A DNA stretch of 32,000 nt from Breznakia sp. PF5-3 (GTDB taxonomy: Bacteria > Bacillota_I > Bacilli_A > Erysipelotrichales > Erysipelotrichaceae). The position numbers and the translations under genes were made by a program. The DNA is taken from positions 1 through 32,000 of the forward strand of contig NZ_JAQFIQ010000015.1 in assembly GCF_029504745.1 (NCBI RefSeq), read 5' to 3'. The notes below the pieces were generated by a model. It was given only the letters and a program-made list of their open reading frames with translations, had not been told where the DNA came from and did no database searches. Shown piece after piece: positions 7,816 to 16,510 of the stretch. Numbering within the stretch: the stretch's first letter is position 1; each line of letters starts with the position of its first letter.

Positions 7816-8657
7816 ATAAATGTTTGATTGTGAGGAATCTCAATTCCTTCTTTATCAAAACGTTTTTTTATAGTAAAACGCAAGTCAGATAGCATTTCAA
7901 ATCCTTTGAAACTATTGGCTGAATTAATTGTACATCTTAGCATCATTCCAATTTGTCCAAAATCAATGCAACGAACAACAACAGGTTTTACATTTTGTTG
8001 TTTCTCTTGAGGAGTTCGTACATCGATAAAATCTGGATGTTTCTCGCATTCTTCCTCAATAATTTTTACTGCTAAATCAATGTCGGATGAATAAGCGACA
8101 GGAATTGAAAAGTAATTACCTTTGGTCGAATCAACTAAATTGGCATTTTCAATGGTTGCTTTGCTTATTTCGTTGTTAGGGACAATAATTCGGTTGCTTT
8201 CGTAAGTGCGAATAATTGTATGTCTCAGTGTAATTTCTTCCACAAAACCAATGAGTTGCTCTCCATTGATTTTGATTAGGTCGCCAACAATAAATGGTTT
8301 TGATATTACAACCATGATTCCACTTACTAAGTTACCAATCGTATCTTGTGCTGCTACTCCAACAATTAAAGCGATAATTCCAGAACTGGCAATTAATGCA
8401 GTAGCGATTCCTTCAAACATTTTAAATCGTGATAAAAGTGATAATACCAAAACGATAATCATCAAACCACGAATAATATTTAGTATACTTTGTCGGTTTT
8501 CAATGGTTTTGCTTTTCATAAATCTCTCTAATACTTTATATATAGCATAGAGGATGAGTGTTAAAATTGTAATTGTAATGATGGAACCAACGAGCCCGTC
8601 ATATAGAACAGATTCTCCAAATGAGAAAATGGTTTCTTCGCTTATTGTGTTATTCAT
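7806..8657 (-). CDS. Small-conductance mechanosensitive channel (MscS family)
   Basis: Three N-terminal TM helices, then the MscS pore and beta-domain pattern (AQDTIGNLVSGIMVVISKPFIVGDLIKI...G.VEEITLRHT.IRT..N..I.VPN). I prefer ATG 8657 (GAAGG SD 8 nt upstream) over the track's GTG at 8666. Confidence 0.85.
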   Translation of the reverse strand: MNNTISEETIFSFGESVLYDGLVGSIITITILTLILYAIYKVLERFMKSKTIENRQSILNIIRGLMIIVLVLSLLSRFKMFEGIATALIASSGIIALIVGVAAQDTIGNLVSGIMVVISKPFIVGDLIKINGEQLIGFVEEITLRHTIIRTYESNRIIVPNNEISKATIENANLVDSTKGNYFSIPVAYSSDIDLAVKIIEEECEKHPDFIDVRTPQEKQQNVKPVVVRCIDFGQIGMMLRCTINSANSFKGFEMLSDLRFTIKKRFDKEGIEIPHNQTFIKK

Positions 8658-8679
8658 AATAGTCACCTTCTACAAAAGT

Positions 8680-8707
8680 ATTATACTACAACTTATTAAA
8701 TAGACAA
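8680..8707 (-). promoter_or_regulatory. SigA-type promoter candidate for the MscS-family gene
   Basis: On the minus strand: TTGTCT, 16-nt spacer, TATAAT, about 20 nt upstream of the start. Confidence 0.5.
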
Positions 8708-8758
8708 GGAATAGGATGGAACAAAAAGCTTTAAAACGTATATTAAGTCGGCAAAAAG

Positions 8759-8787
8759 TTGCCTTTTCTAAGAAATAATAGTAAAAT
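8759..8787 (+). promoter_or_regulatory. SigA-type promoter candidate for the cold-shock gene
   Basis: TTGCCT (8759-8764), 17-nt spacer, TAAAAT (8782-8787). This leaves a leader of about 45 nt. Confidence 0.45.
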
Positions 8788-8838
8788 ATGTTTATGTAGT
8801 ATAGTTATTGCATAGAAAGGTCATAGGTTTATAGTTTA

Positions 8839-9039
8839 ATGCAAGGAAAAGTGAAAATGTTTAACCCTGAAAAGGGTTATGGTTTCATCACTATTGAAGA
8901 TGGTAGTGACGTTTTCTTCCACTATTCTCAGTTAATGATGGAAGGATTCAAAACAATCGAAGCAGATACTGAGGTTGAATTTGAAGTAATTGAAACTGAC
9001 CGTGGATTACAAGCGCAAGATATCAAACCAGCCGCTTAA
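8839..9039 (+). CDS. Cold-shock protein (CspA family, CSD fold)
   Basis: MQGKVKMFNPEKGYGFITIEDGSDVFFHYSQL contains the RNP1-like KGYGFI and RNP2-like VFFHY motifs. 66 aa. Confidence 0.9.
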   Translation: MQGKVKMFNPEKGYGFITIEDGSDVFFHYSQLMMEGFKTIEADTEVEFEVIETDRGLQAQDIKPAA

Positions 9040-9046
9040 TTCACAA

Positions 9047-9082
9047 ATAAGAGTAAGAAAAAATCTTACTCTTATTTTTTTG
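9047..9082 (+). terminator. Rho-independent terminator of the csp gene
   Basis: ATAAGAGTAAGA-AAAAA-TCTTACTCTTAT perfect 12-bp hairpin followed by TTTTTTTG. Confidence 0.8.
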
Positions 9083-9108
9083 TTTTTCTCAAACAAATGC
9101 GTTATAAT
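9080..9108 (+). promoter_or_regulatory. SigA-type promoter candidate for secA-prfB
   Basis: TTGTTT (9080-9085), 17-nt spacer, TATAAT (9103-9108). The track's ATG at 9097 lies inside this promoter, which supports the downstream start. Confidence 0.5.
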
Positions 9109-9144
9109 GTTGTATGGTATATTATATTACCTGGAGGTACGATA

Positions 9145-11478
9145 ATGGGTATATTAAATAAGCTATTTAATGGAGAAACAAAGCGTTTATCAAAGCTTGA
9201 AAAAGTTGCATCTGAGGTAGAATCATTAGCTACTCAAATGGAGAGTTTGAGCGATGAGGCTTTAAAAGATAAAACAACGGAATTTAAGGATCGTTATCAA
9301 GCTGGTGAGACGCTTGATGATTTGATGGTAGAAGCTTTTGCTACTTCACGTGAAGCAGCACGCAGAGTAATTGGTGAGTATCCTTACCCTGTGCAAATTA
9401 TGGGGGCAGCAGTAATGCATGGTGGAGATATTGCCGAAATGAAAACAGGTGAAGGTAAAACCCTTACATCTACAATGGCTGTGTATCTTAATGCATTAGC
9501 TGGTGAAGGAGTCCATGTAGTTACAGTAAATGAATACTTGGCATCACGTGATGCGGAGTGGATGGGACAAATTTATCAATTTTTAGGATTAAGTGTGGGT
9601 GTTAACATGAGAGCATTGACAGCTTCTGAAAAAAGAGAAGCATATAATTGTGATATCATGTATACAACAAACTCAGAATTGGGGTTTGATTATCTTCGTG
9701 ATAACATGGTTACAGATAAGAAAGATCGTGTTATGCGTGGATTGAAAACAGCACTTGTCGATGAGGTCGATTCTATTTTGGTCGATGAATCAAGAACACC
9801 ACTTATTATTTCAGGTGGAGCTAAAAAGACTGCAAACTTATATCAGACAGCAGATCGTTTTGCGAAATCATTAAAACCTAGTGATTATGAAGTAGATGTG
9901 AAAACGCGTCAAGTTAGTTTAAATGAGAGCGGAGTTGCAAGAGCAGAACGTTCTTATAAAGTAAAAAATTTATATGATGTAGAACATACACAATTGGTGC
10001 ATCATATTACAATGGCATTGCGAGCAAATTACATTATGCAAAAAGATGTTGAATATGTGGTAAGTGAAGGTGAGATTGTTATCGTTGACCAATTTACGGG
10101 ACGTTTGATGAAAGGACGTGCATATTCAGATGGGTTGCATCAAGCGATTGAAGCCAAAGAAGGCGTTGAAATCAAGGAAGAAACAGCTACATTAGCTACA
10201 ATTACATACCAAAATTTCTTCCGTCTTTATGACAAATTGGCAGGTATGACAGGAACAGCGAAAACAGAGGAAGAGGAATTCTTATCAATTTATAATATGT
10301 ATGTTGTAGAAATTCCTACCAATCGTCCAGTTGTTAGAACCGATTATCCTGATGCAATATTTTCATCCCCAGAATACAAATATTTAGCACTTATTGAAGA
10401 AGTTAAAATGTTACATGAAAAAGGACAACCAGTACTTGTTGGTACAATTTCGGTTGAAGTATCAGAATTGCTTTCGAAAATGATGAAAAAAGAACGTATT
10501 AAACATGAAGTGTTAAATGCGAAAAATCATGAACGAGAAGCAGATATTATTAAAAAGGCTGGGCAAGTAGGTGCTGTTACAATTGCAACGAACATGGCTG
10601 GTCGTGGGACCGATATTAAATTGTCAGATGAATCAAGAGTACTTGGTGGTTTGGCTGTATTAGGTAGTGAACGTCATGAGTCAAGACGTATTGATAATCA
10701 GTTGCGTGGACGTTCAGGGCGTCAAGGAGACCCAGGGTTTTCTAGATTCTATGTATCATTAAAAGATAGTTTAATGGTTCGTTTTGGTAAAGAAGGCTTA
10801 CTGGATAGTGCATTTGCGTCACTTGAAGGCGAAGCAATTGAATCAAAAATGGTTACTAAAGCAATCGGAAATGCTCAAAAACGAGTAGAGGGACAAAACT
10901 TTGATATTCGTAAACAATTGCTTGAATATGATGATGTATTACGTCAACAACGTGAAATTATTTATGATTTAAGAAATCATATTCTTGAAAATGAAAATGT
11001 GCATGATATCGTGAAAGATATGTTTACAAAAGTTACAGAAAATGTAGTAAATGCAAACATTGATAACAATGGTGATGTTGACGCAGTTTCATTGGTAAAA
11101 GGGTTTGATGTTCTTGGATTTGAAGAAGGTAGTGTCAACACAGGCTTGTTTGATGGAAAATCAGTAGATGAAGTGAAAGAAGCAGCTTTCGATTATGCAT
11201 GGAATTTCTATGATTCTAAATTGGATGGGATTATGGATCAATATGCGAAGTTTGAACGTAATGTAGTACTTCGTACCATTGACCGCAACTGGATTGAACA
11301 TATTGATACAATGAGTAAATTGCGTGATGGTATTCATTTACGTAGCTATGCACAAGGAAATCCTTTACAACAGTATGTAGAAGAAGGATTTGAAATGTTT
11401 GATGATATGACACAAAACATAGCTAGAGAAATCGTATTTTTTGCGATTAAGATAAAAATCGAAAGAAAAGAGGCCTAA
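9145..11478 (+). CDS. secA: Preprotein translocase ATPase SecA
   Basis: MGILNKLFNGETKRL N-terminus after a GGAGG RBS. Walker A MKTGEGKTL, DEVDSILVDESRTPLIISG, TNMAGRGTDIKL, RIDNQLRGRSGRQGDPG. Ends ...KIKIERKEA with no Cys-rich zinc tail. Confidence 0.95.
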   Translation: MGILNKLFNGETKRLSKLEKVASEVESLATQMESLSDEALKDKTTEFKDRYQAGETLDDLMVEAFATSREAARRVIGEYPYPVQIMGAAVMHGGDIAEMKTGEGKTLTSTMAVYLNALAGEGVHVVTVNEYLASRDAEWMGQIYQFLGLSVGVNMRALTASEKREAYNCDIMYTTNSELGFDYLRDNMVTDKKDRVMRGLKTALVDEVDSILVDESRTPLIISGGAKKTANLYQTADRFAKSLKPSDYEVDVKTRQVSLNESGVARAERSYKVKNLYDVEHTQLVHHITMALRANYIMQKDVEYVVSEGEIVIVDQFTGRLMKGRAYSDGLHQAIEAKEGVEIKEETATLATITYQNFFRLYDKLAGMTGTAKTEEEEFLSIYNMYVVEIPTNRPVVRTDYPDAIFSSPEYKYLALIEEVKMLHEKGQPVLVGTISVEVSELLSKMMKKERIKHEVLNAKNHEREADIIKKAGQVGAVTIATNMAGRGTDIKLSDESRVLGGLAVLGSERHESRRIDNQLRGRSGRQGDPGFSRFYVSLKDSLMVRFGKEGLLDSAFASLEGEAIESKMVTKAIGNAQKRVEGQNFDIRKQLLEYDDVLRQQREIIYDLRNHILENENVHDIVKDMFTKVTENVVNANIDNNGDVDAVSLVKGFDVLGFEEGSVNTGLFDGKSVDEVKEAAFDYAWNFYDSKLDGIMDQYAKFERNVVLRTIDRNWIEHIDTMSKLRDGIHLRSYAQGNPLQQYVEEGFEMFDDMTQNIAREIVFFAIKIKIERKEA

Positions 11479-11479
11479 T

Positions 11480-12581
11480 ATGGAGTTGTATGAGATAAAA
11501 GCTCATTTACAAACATATCGTGAGAAGCTAAAACAGCTTGGTGATTCACTTTGACTTAGCTGCGAAAAGTCAAAGAATTGAGATACTTGAAAAAGAACAG
11601 TTAGCAGAAGGATTCTGGGATAATTATAAAAAAGCACAGAATGTGGTTCGTGAACTGAAGATTTTAAAAGATTATGTACAAAGCTATGAACATTTAAAAA
11701 CATCTTTTCAGGAGTTAGAAGATGTTTATGAAATGTTGAAAGTAGATGCAGATGATGAAATGCAGATAATCTTAGAAGAAGATTTTAAACAATTTGAAAA
11801 AGAAATGGAGGATTTTGAAATAAAAGTCCTTCTTTCTAATGAATATGACCAATCTAATTGTGTTTTAGAACTTCACCCAGGAGCTGGTGGAACGGAGTCA
11901 TGTGATTGGTGTGAAATGCTTTATCGAATGTATACAAAATATGCAGAAAATAAAGGTTTTAAAGTTACTGTATTAGATTATCTTCCAGGAGAAGTAGCTG
12001 GAATAAAATCGGTTACTGTGTTAGTGGAAGGTGAAATGGCATACGGGTATTTAAAAGGTGAAAAGGGTGTCCATCGTTTGGTGAGAATATCACCTTTTGA
12101 TTCAGGTGGCAGAAGACATACATCATTTGCCTCTGTGGATGTAATTCCTGAATTTAATGATGATGTGGAAATTGACTTAGAAGATAAAGATTTAGAGATT
12201 GATACAATGCGTTCTAGTGGAGCTGGAGGGCAACATGTCAATAAAACGGATTCTGCTGTGCGGATTACGCATATTCCAACAGGGATTAGTGTAAAATGTC
12301 AAAGTGGTCGTAGTCAACACGATAATAAAGAACAAGCAATGTTACTTTTAAAAAGTAAATTGTATCAATTACAAGTAGAAGAACAGATGAAGAAGGTCGC
12401 TGAAATAAAAGGAGATCAGAAATTGATTGAATGGGGTTCACAAATTCGTTCTTATGTTTTTCAACCATATAAATTGGTAAAAGATAATCGTACAAACTAT
12501 GAAACAACAGATGTACAAGGTGTAATGGATGGAAAACTAGATGATTTTATTTTTGCTTATTTAAAATCGTTAGTGAAGTAG
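11480..12581 (+). CDS. prfB: Peptide chain release factor 2, expressed via programmed +1 ribosomal frameshift at codon 25
   Basis: ATG 11480 opens a 24-codon frame (MELYEIKAHLQTYREKLKQLGDSL) that ends at in-frame TGA 11552-11554. The +1 frame from GAC 11553 continues as DLAAKSQRIEILEKE... to 12581 and contains SPF and GGQ (SGAGGQHVNKTDSAVR). Confidence 0.95.
11540..11555 (+). other. RF2 autoregulatory +1 frameshift cassette (internal SD-like, slippery CTT, TGA C)
   Basis: GGTGAT (complementary to the 16S 3' tail), TCA spacer, CTT TGA C. This matches the canonical CUU UGA C shift site. Confidence 0.9.
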
Positions 12582-12588
12582 GTGGTTT

Positions 12589-13467
12589 ATGATAAAGAAG
12601 GATTTAGTAAAAGACTTAGGTATTGTAGTTTTAGGTAATATTATATTAGCTATTGGTGTAGCTTTCTTTTTAGTACCAAATGCAATTTTATCTGGTGGTG
12701 TTGCAGGGATTGCAATTGCAATTGAACCCATTGTTCATCTCCATCCAAATACAATGATTTATATTTTGACAATTTGTTTGTTTATCATAGGGGCAATTTT
12801 CCTAGGAAAAGGTTTTATGATTAAAACAGCATTGTCGAGTGTTTTGTATCCTACTTTTGTTTCCCTTTTTGGGGAAATGGCAGAAAAAGTTTATATCACT
12901 GATGATCCACTTTTAGCTTCTATCTATGGTGGGATTTTTATCGGTTTTGGTTTAGGTCTTGTTTTTCGAACAGGAGCATCAACAGGTGGAATGGATATTC
13001 CGCCATTGATTATTCATAAATATACACATATTCCTGTGCATACATTGGTTTTGATTGTAGATGGGCTTACGGTATTGTTAGGGATGGCAATCCATGGTAT
13101 TGAGCCTGCTCTGATTGGGATTATTTCAGTATGGGTTTCATCTTATATGGTAAATAAGGCAATGATGATTGGCTTACGAGAAGCACAATCAATCATGATT
13201 ATTTCTGAGAAATATGAAGAAATTCTAGATGAAATTTCTAAGAATCTTGATCGTGGTGCTACCTTGATTGATGCAAAAGGTGTTTATACAAGACAAGAGC
13301 GTCCTGTTATTATGGTCGTTATTTTTAGGAAGCAATTTCCAATTTTGAATAGAATCGTACAAGCAATTGATCCAAGTGCATTTGTAATTGTATATGATGT
13401 AAATGAAGTTCAAGGTGAAGGTTTTACATTTGATGAATTGGATAATGGAGGAAGCTATGAGATTTAG
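12589..13467 (+). CDS. YitT-family membrane protein (DUF2179 C-terminal domain)
   Basis: Five or six TM helices with the GGVAGIA and TGASTGG motifs, plus the soluble C-terminal domain (ATLIDAKGVYT...VIMVVI...DPSAFVIVYDVNEVQGEGF) typical of YitT/YpjC proteins. Confidence 0.8.
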   Translation: MIKKDLVKDLGIVVLGNIILAIGVAFFLVPNAILSGGVAGIAIAIEPIVHLHPNTMIYILTICLFIIGAIFLGKGFMIKTALSSVLYPTFVSLFGEMAEKVYITDDPLLASIYGGIFIGFGLGLVFRTGASTGGMDIPPLIIHKYTHIPVHTLVLIVDGLTVLLGMAIHGIEPALIGIISVWVSSYMVNKAMMIGLREAQSIMIISEKYEEILDEISKNLDRGATLIDAKGVYTRQERPVIMVVIFRKQFPILNRIVQAIDPSAFVIVYDVNEVQGEGFTFDELDNGGSYEI

Positions 13468-14713
13468 TGAACTATCAAAAACAGAGTATCGAGAATTTCA
13501 GTTGCGTCATCCATATTCAAACTTTCTAAATAGTACAGAATCTATGGATTTAGAAGAAGCTATCAATTTAAAGGTAACATATGTAGGTTTGAAGATAGAT
13601 GACAAGGTTGTGTGCGCTACAGCATTAGTTAAAATGCCAGCAATGAAAAAGTTTTTTTATTATTATTCTCCTAGAGGAATGCTAGTTAATTATGAACAGA
13701 TGGAGCAACTCTCTTTTTTCGCAAAAGAACTTGAGCATTATGGGAAAAAACAAGGTGCTATGTATATTGTTGTGGATCCATATGTGCTATATCAACAACG
13801 CGATATCGATGGTAATCCAGTTGCTGGAGGTTTTTACAACCAATCAGTAATTGATACTTTAGAAAAGGTAGGATTCCAACATACCGGATTTACTCGCGGT
13901 TATGGAAAGAATATGCAATATATTAGATGGATGTTTGCTTTATCTTTAAATGGGAAAACAGAAGAAGAGATATGGAAAAATTTGCATCAACAAACACGTT
14001 GGAGTATTAATAAGACTTTAAAGTATAGTATGCAAGTAAGAGAAATAGCATATGATGAGATGAATATTTTCTATGAAATTATGAAACATACTGGAGAACG
14101 TAGACACTTCGCTAATCGCGATGTAACGTTCTATCAAAAGCAATATAAAGCATATGGTGAACATCTAAAAGTGTTATTGGCATATTTGGATGTGGATAAA
14201 TATTTATCGAGTATTAATATAGAATATGATAAATCTTTAAAGGATAAAGAACATGTTGAACAAGAATTGGAGAAAACGCCAAATAATAAGAAGTTTATCA
14301 AACGTAAAAAAGTGATTGATGAAGCAATACAAGTGGCAGAAAAAAGACGCAAGGAAGCATTGGAGTTACAGGAAAAACATGGAAGTATAATTCCAATGGC
14401 TGCAAGTATGTTTATGTTTTATGGAGATGAAGTAACCTATCTTACAAGTGGTTCTTATGATGAATTTAAAGGTTTTTATGCCTCTTATGCATTGCAGTGG
14501 GAAATCATTCAAAGAGCATTGAAAGAAGGCTATAAAACATATAATTTTTATGGAATCAGTGGTGAATTTGATGAGACGTCACCAGACTTTGGTGTTTATA
14601 AATTCAAACGTGGGTTTGATGGCCAAGTAGAAGAATTGATTGGTGATTTTATAATGGTAACAAAACCTATATTATATAAGGTTTATAAGACTTTGAAAAA
14701 AGGAAATATTTAA
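13457..14713 (+). CDS. FemAB-family aminoacyl-tRNA-dependent peptidoglycan interpeptide-bridge transferase
   Basis: MRFSELSKTEYREF...NFLNS N-terminus. A central Lys/Glu-rich coiled-coil insert (EQELEKTPNNKKFIKRKKVIDEAIQVAEKRRKEALELQEKHG). C-terminal YNFYGISG...GVYKFKRGF motif. I prefer ATG 13457 (GGAGGAAG SD, 11-nt overlap with the YitT gene) over the track's 13403. Confidence 0.85.
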   Translation: MRFSELSKTEYREFQLRHPYSNFLNSTESMDLEEAINLKVTYVGLKIDDKVVCATALVKMPAMKKFFYYYSPRGMLVNYEQMEQLSFFAKELEHYGKKQGAMYIVVDPYVLYQQRDIDGNPVAGGFYNQSVIDTLEKVGFQHTGFTRGYGKNMQYIRWMFALSLNGKTEEEIWKNLHQQTRWSINKTLKYSMQVREIAYDEMNIFYEIMKHTGERRHFANRDVTFYQKQYKAYGEHLKVLLAYLDVDKYLSSINIEYDKSLKDKEHVEQELEKTPNNKKFIKRKKVIDEAIQVAEKRRKEALELQEKHGSIIPMAASMFMFYGDEVTYLTSGSYDEFKGFYASYALQWEIIQRALKEGYKTYNFYGISGEFDETSPDFGVYKFKRGFDGQVEELIGDFIMVTKPILYKVYKTLKKGNI

Positions 14714-14718
14714 AGCAT

Positions 14719-14762
14719 AAAGTCTATAAGATAGAGTACTATCTGGATAGACTTTTTATTTG
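14719..14762 (+). terminator. Rho-independent terminator of the FemAB-family gene
   Basis: Compound hairpin: AAAGTCTAT...ATAGACTTT enclosing AGATAG-AGTA-CTATCT, followed by TTTTTATTT. Confidence 0.75.
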
Positions 14763-14793
14763 TGAAAATGCTGTGAATTATCGATTCATCTCG

Positions 14794-14822
14794 TTGTGGT
14801 TTTATATAAAGTTTGTTATAAT
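14794..14822 (+). promoter_or_regulatory. SigA-type promoter candidate for ftsEX
   Basis: TTGTGG (14794-14799), 17-nt spacer, TATAAT (14817-14822). Confidence 0.5.
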
Positions 14823-14845
14823 TACTTAAGTTGGGAGTGATATCA

Positions 14846-15535
14846 ATGATTAATTTGGTTGGTGTATCAAAAATTTATGATAATGGTGTACATGCAATAA
14901 AAAATATGACTCTTCATATTGATGAAGGAGAGTTTGTTTATATAATAGGTCCGACAGGATCTGGGAAATCAACATTTATTAAATTGTTAGATGGAGAAGA
15001 AATCCCTGATGCTGGGACAGTTGAAGTGGCAGGTATTGATGTAGGAAAATTAAAATTTAAGAAAGTACCGTATTATCGTCGGAATATTGGAGTTGTATTT
15101 CAAGATTATCGGTTGTTACCAAATCTGACGATTTTTGAAAATATTGCATTCGCTTTAGAGGCAATTGGTGAAAATAAGGTAAAGATTAGAAGACGTGTAA
15201 GAGAAGTGCTAGAATTGGTTTCATTAGAAGAAAAGGCTCGTTGTTTTCCACGAGAACTTAGTGGTGGTCAACAACAAAGGGCTACAATTGGTAGAGCAAT
15301 TGCAAACAAACCGAAAGTTTTGATTGCAGATGAACCAACAGGAAACCTAGATCCAGAAAAATCAAATGATATTATGCGACTTTTAGAAAAAATTAACACA
15401 GAAGAAAAAACTACGATTGTAATGGTTACTCATGATCAAAATCTAGTTGATAATTTCAAGAAAAGAACAATAGCTTTAGATGAAGGATATATTGTTGCAG
15501 ATATGATGAAGGGTGGCTATATTCAGCATGATTGA
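14846..15535 (+). CDS. ftsE: Cell-division ABC transporter ATP-binding protein FtsE
   Basis: MINLVGVSKIY start. Walker A GPTGSGKST, signature LSGGQQQR, Walker B LIADEPTGNLD. Followed by an overlapping ftsX. Confidence 0.9.
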   Translation: MINLVGVSKIYDNGVHAIKNMTLHIDEGEFVYIIGPTGSGKSTFIKLLDGEEIPDAGTVEVAGIDVGKLKFKKVPYYRRNIGVVFQDYRLLPNLTIFENIAFALEAIGENKVKIRRRVREVLELVSLEEKARCFPRELSGGQQQRATIGRAIANKPKVLIADEPTGNLDPEKSNDIMRLLEKINTEEKTTIVMVTHDQNLVDNFKKRTIALDEGYIVADMMKGGYIQHD

Positions 15536-16430
15536 GTTTTTTAAAACTTTACCAATGCACTTCAAAAGAGCATGGAACAGTGTAAGAAGAAATTTTGCCG
15601 AAACATTATCTAGTGTATTTGCTGTAACTGTAACATCAATTCTAATTGCTATTTTTGTGATTGTCGGATTTAATATTGGAGGTTTCACACAAAATGTTGA
15701 AGATAGTGTGAGAGTAGTTGCTCAAATTGATCTTTCTGTTGAAGGAGATAAAATCAAAGAGCTTCAAAAAGAAATTGAAAATCTTCCCCATGTCACAAGT
15801 GTAATTTATTCAGATAAGGAAGAACAACTTGAGAAACTTATTGATAATCCTCAAGGGGGAGAAGGGTATGTGGACTTCAGAGATGATAACCCACTTAGTG
15901 CTGTTTTCTATGTAGAACCAACGAGTGGAGACTATTTAAATCAAATTGAAACTAGAGTATCTCAGATAGACGGTATTGATAAAGTTTTTTTTGGTGGAGA
16001 GAGCGTAGCACAGATGGTTTCAGCATTTAATTCAGCTAGATTAGGTGGTGGAATATTTATAGGAGCATTGTGTTTATTAGCGATTTTCTTAATTTCAAAT
16101 ACAATTAAAATTAATATCCAAAATCGTAAAGAAGAAATTGCAATCATGCGAAATGTTGGTGCTAGTAATTTATTTATTAAGATGCCATTTTTGATTGAAG
16201 GGGTTATTATAGGCGCTATAGGTGCAATTATACCAATCCTTGTATCAATTTTTGGTTATGGTTTCTTATATGACTCCATGAATGGACAATTCTTTACAAT
16301 CCTCTTTAAAATGTATGCACCGATGCCGTTTATTTATTTAGTTAGTTTATTTTTGCTTGCGGTTGGTATGATTGTTGGATTGATTGGAAGTTTTGTATCC
16401 GTTACAAGATATTTACGTTGGAAAAGATAA
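15528..16430 (+). CDS. ftsX: Cell-division ABC transporter permease-like protein FtsX
   Basis: ATG overlaps the ftsE stop by 8 nt. TM1, then an extracellular domain of about 110 aa, then three C-terminal TM helices (FtsX/MacB-type). The N-terminal motif LPMHFKRAWNSVRRN is typical of FtsX. Confidence 0.9.
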   Translation: MIEFFKTLPMHFKRAWNSVRRNFAETLSSVFAVTVTSILIAIFVIVGFNIGGFTQNVEDSVRVVAQIDLSVEGDKIKELQKEIENLPHVTSVIYSDKEEQLEKLIDNPQGGEGYVDFRDDNPLSAVFYVEPTSGDYLNQIETRVSQIDGIDKVFFGGESVAQMVSAFNSARLGGGIFIGALCLLAIFLISNTIKINIQNRKEEIAIMRNVGASNLFIKMPFLIEGVIIGAIGAIIPILVSIFGYGFLYDSMNGQFFTILFKMYAPMPFIYLVSLFLLAVGMIVGLIGSFVSVTRYLRWKR

Positions 16431-16442
16431 TATTATGTTTGA

Positions 16443-16471
16443 AAAGGTTGAGGGGCACTCAGCCTTTTTTT
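16443..16471 (+). terminator. Rho-independent terminator of ftsEX
   Basis: AAAGGTTGAG-GGGCA-CTCAGCCTTT hairpin with one G-U pair, followed by TTTTTTT. Confidence 0.75.
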
Positions 16472-16480
16472 GTGGGGATA

Positions 16481-16489
16481 TGATACAAT
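16481..16489 (+). promoter_or_regulatory. Extended -10 promoter candidate for the pullulanase operon
   Basis: TGATACAAT (TG-N-TACAAT) 22 nt upstream of ATG 16511. No clear -35. Confidence 0.35.
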
Positions 16490-16510
16490 AAATGAAATGA
16501 AGGTGATAGT

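Noticed and set aside
8716-8778. A 20-codon basic ORF (MEQKALKRILSRQKVAFSKK) with an AAGGAA-like SD between the MscS and csp genes.
   Set aside because: It overlaps both divergent promoter candidates, is very short, and has no supporting conservation evidence available here. It is most likely chance.
9097-9144. N-terminal extensions in the track for secA (9097), the FemAB gene (13403), ftsE (14831), ftsX (15513), the GH13 gene (21481), ung (21457), folT (23404), glgC (25521) and the MscS gene (8666).
   Set aside because: The extensions lack an SD, run through promoter, terminator or leader elements, and add residues that do not match the conserved family N-termini. Internal ATGs with good SDs fit better.
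11538-12581. prfB appearing 5'-truncated, as a possible pseudogene.
   Set aside because: It is explained by the canonical programmed +1 frameshift (CTT TGA C at 11549-11555) with an upstream 24-codon frame starting at 11480.
2655-16430. A functional link between the NlpC/P60 hydrolase and FtsEX, as a CwlO/PcsB-like activation module.
   Set aside because: The genes are about 10 kb apart with unrelated genes between them, and the hydrolase's extra domain appears cytoplasmic rather than an extracellular coiled coil. It is mentioned only as a testable idea, not as a claim.
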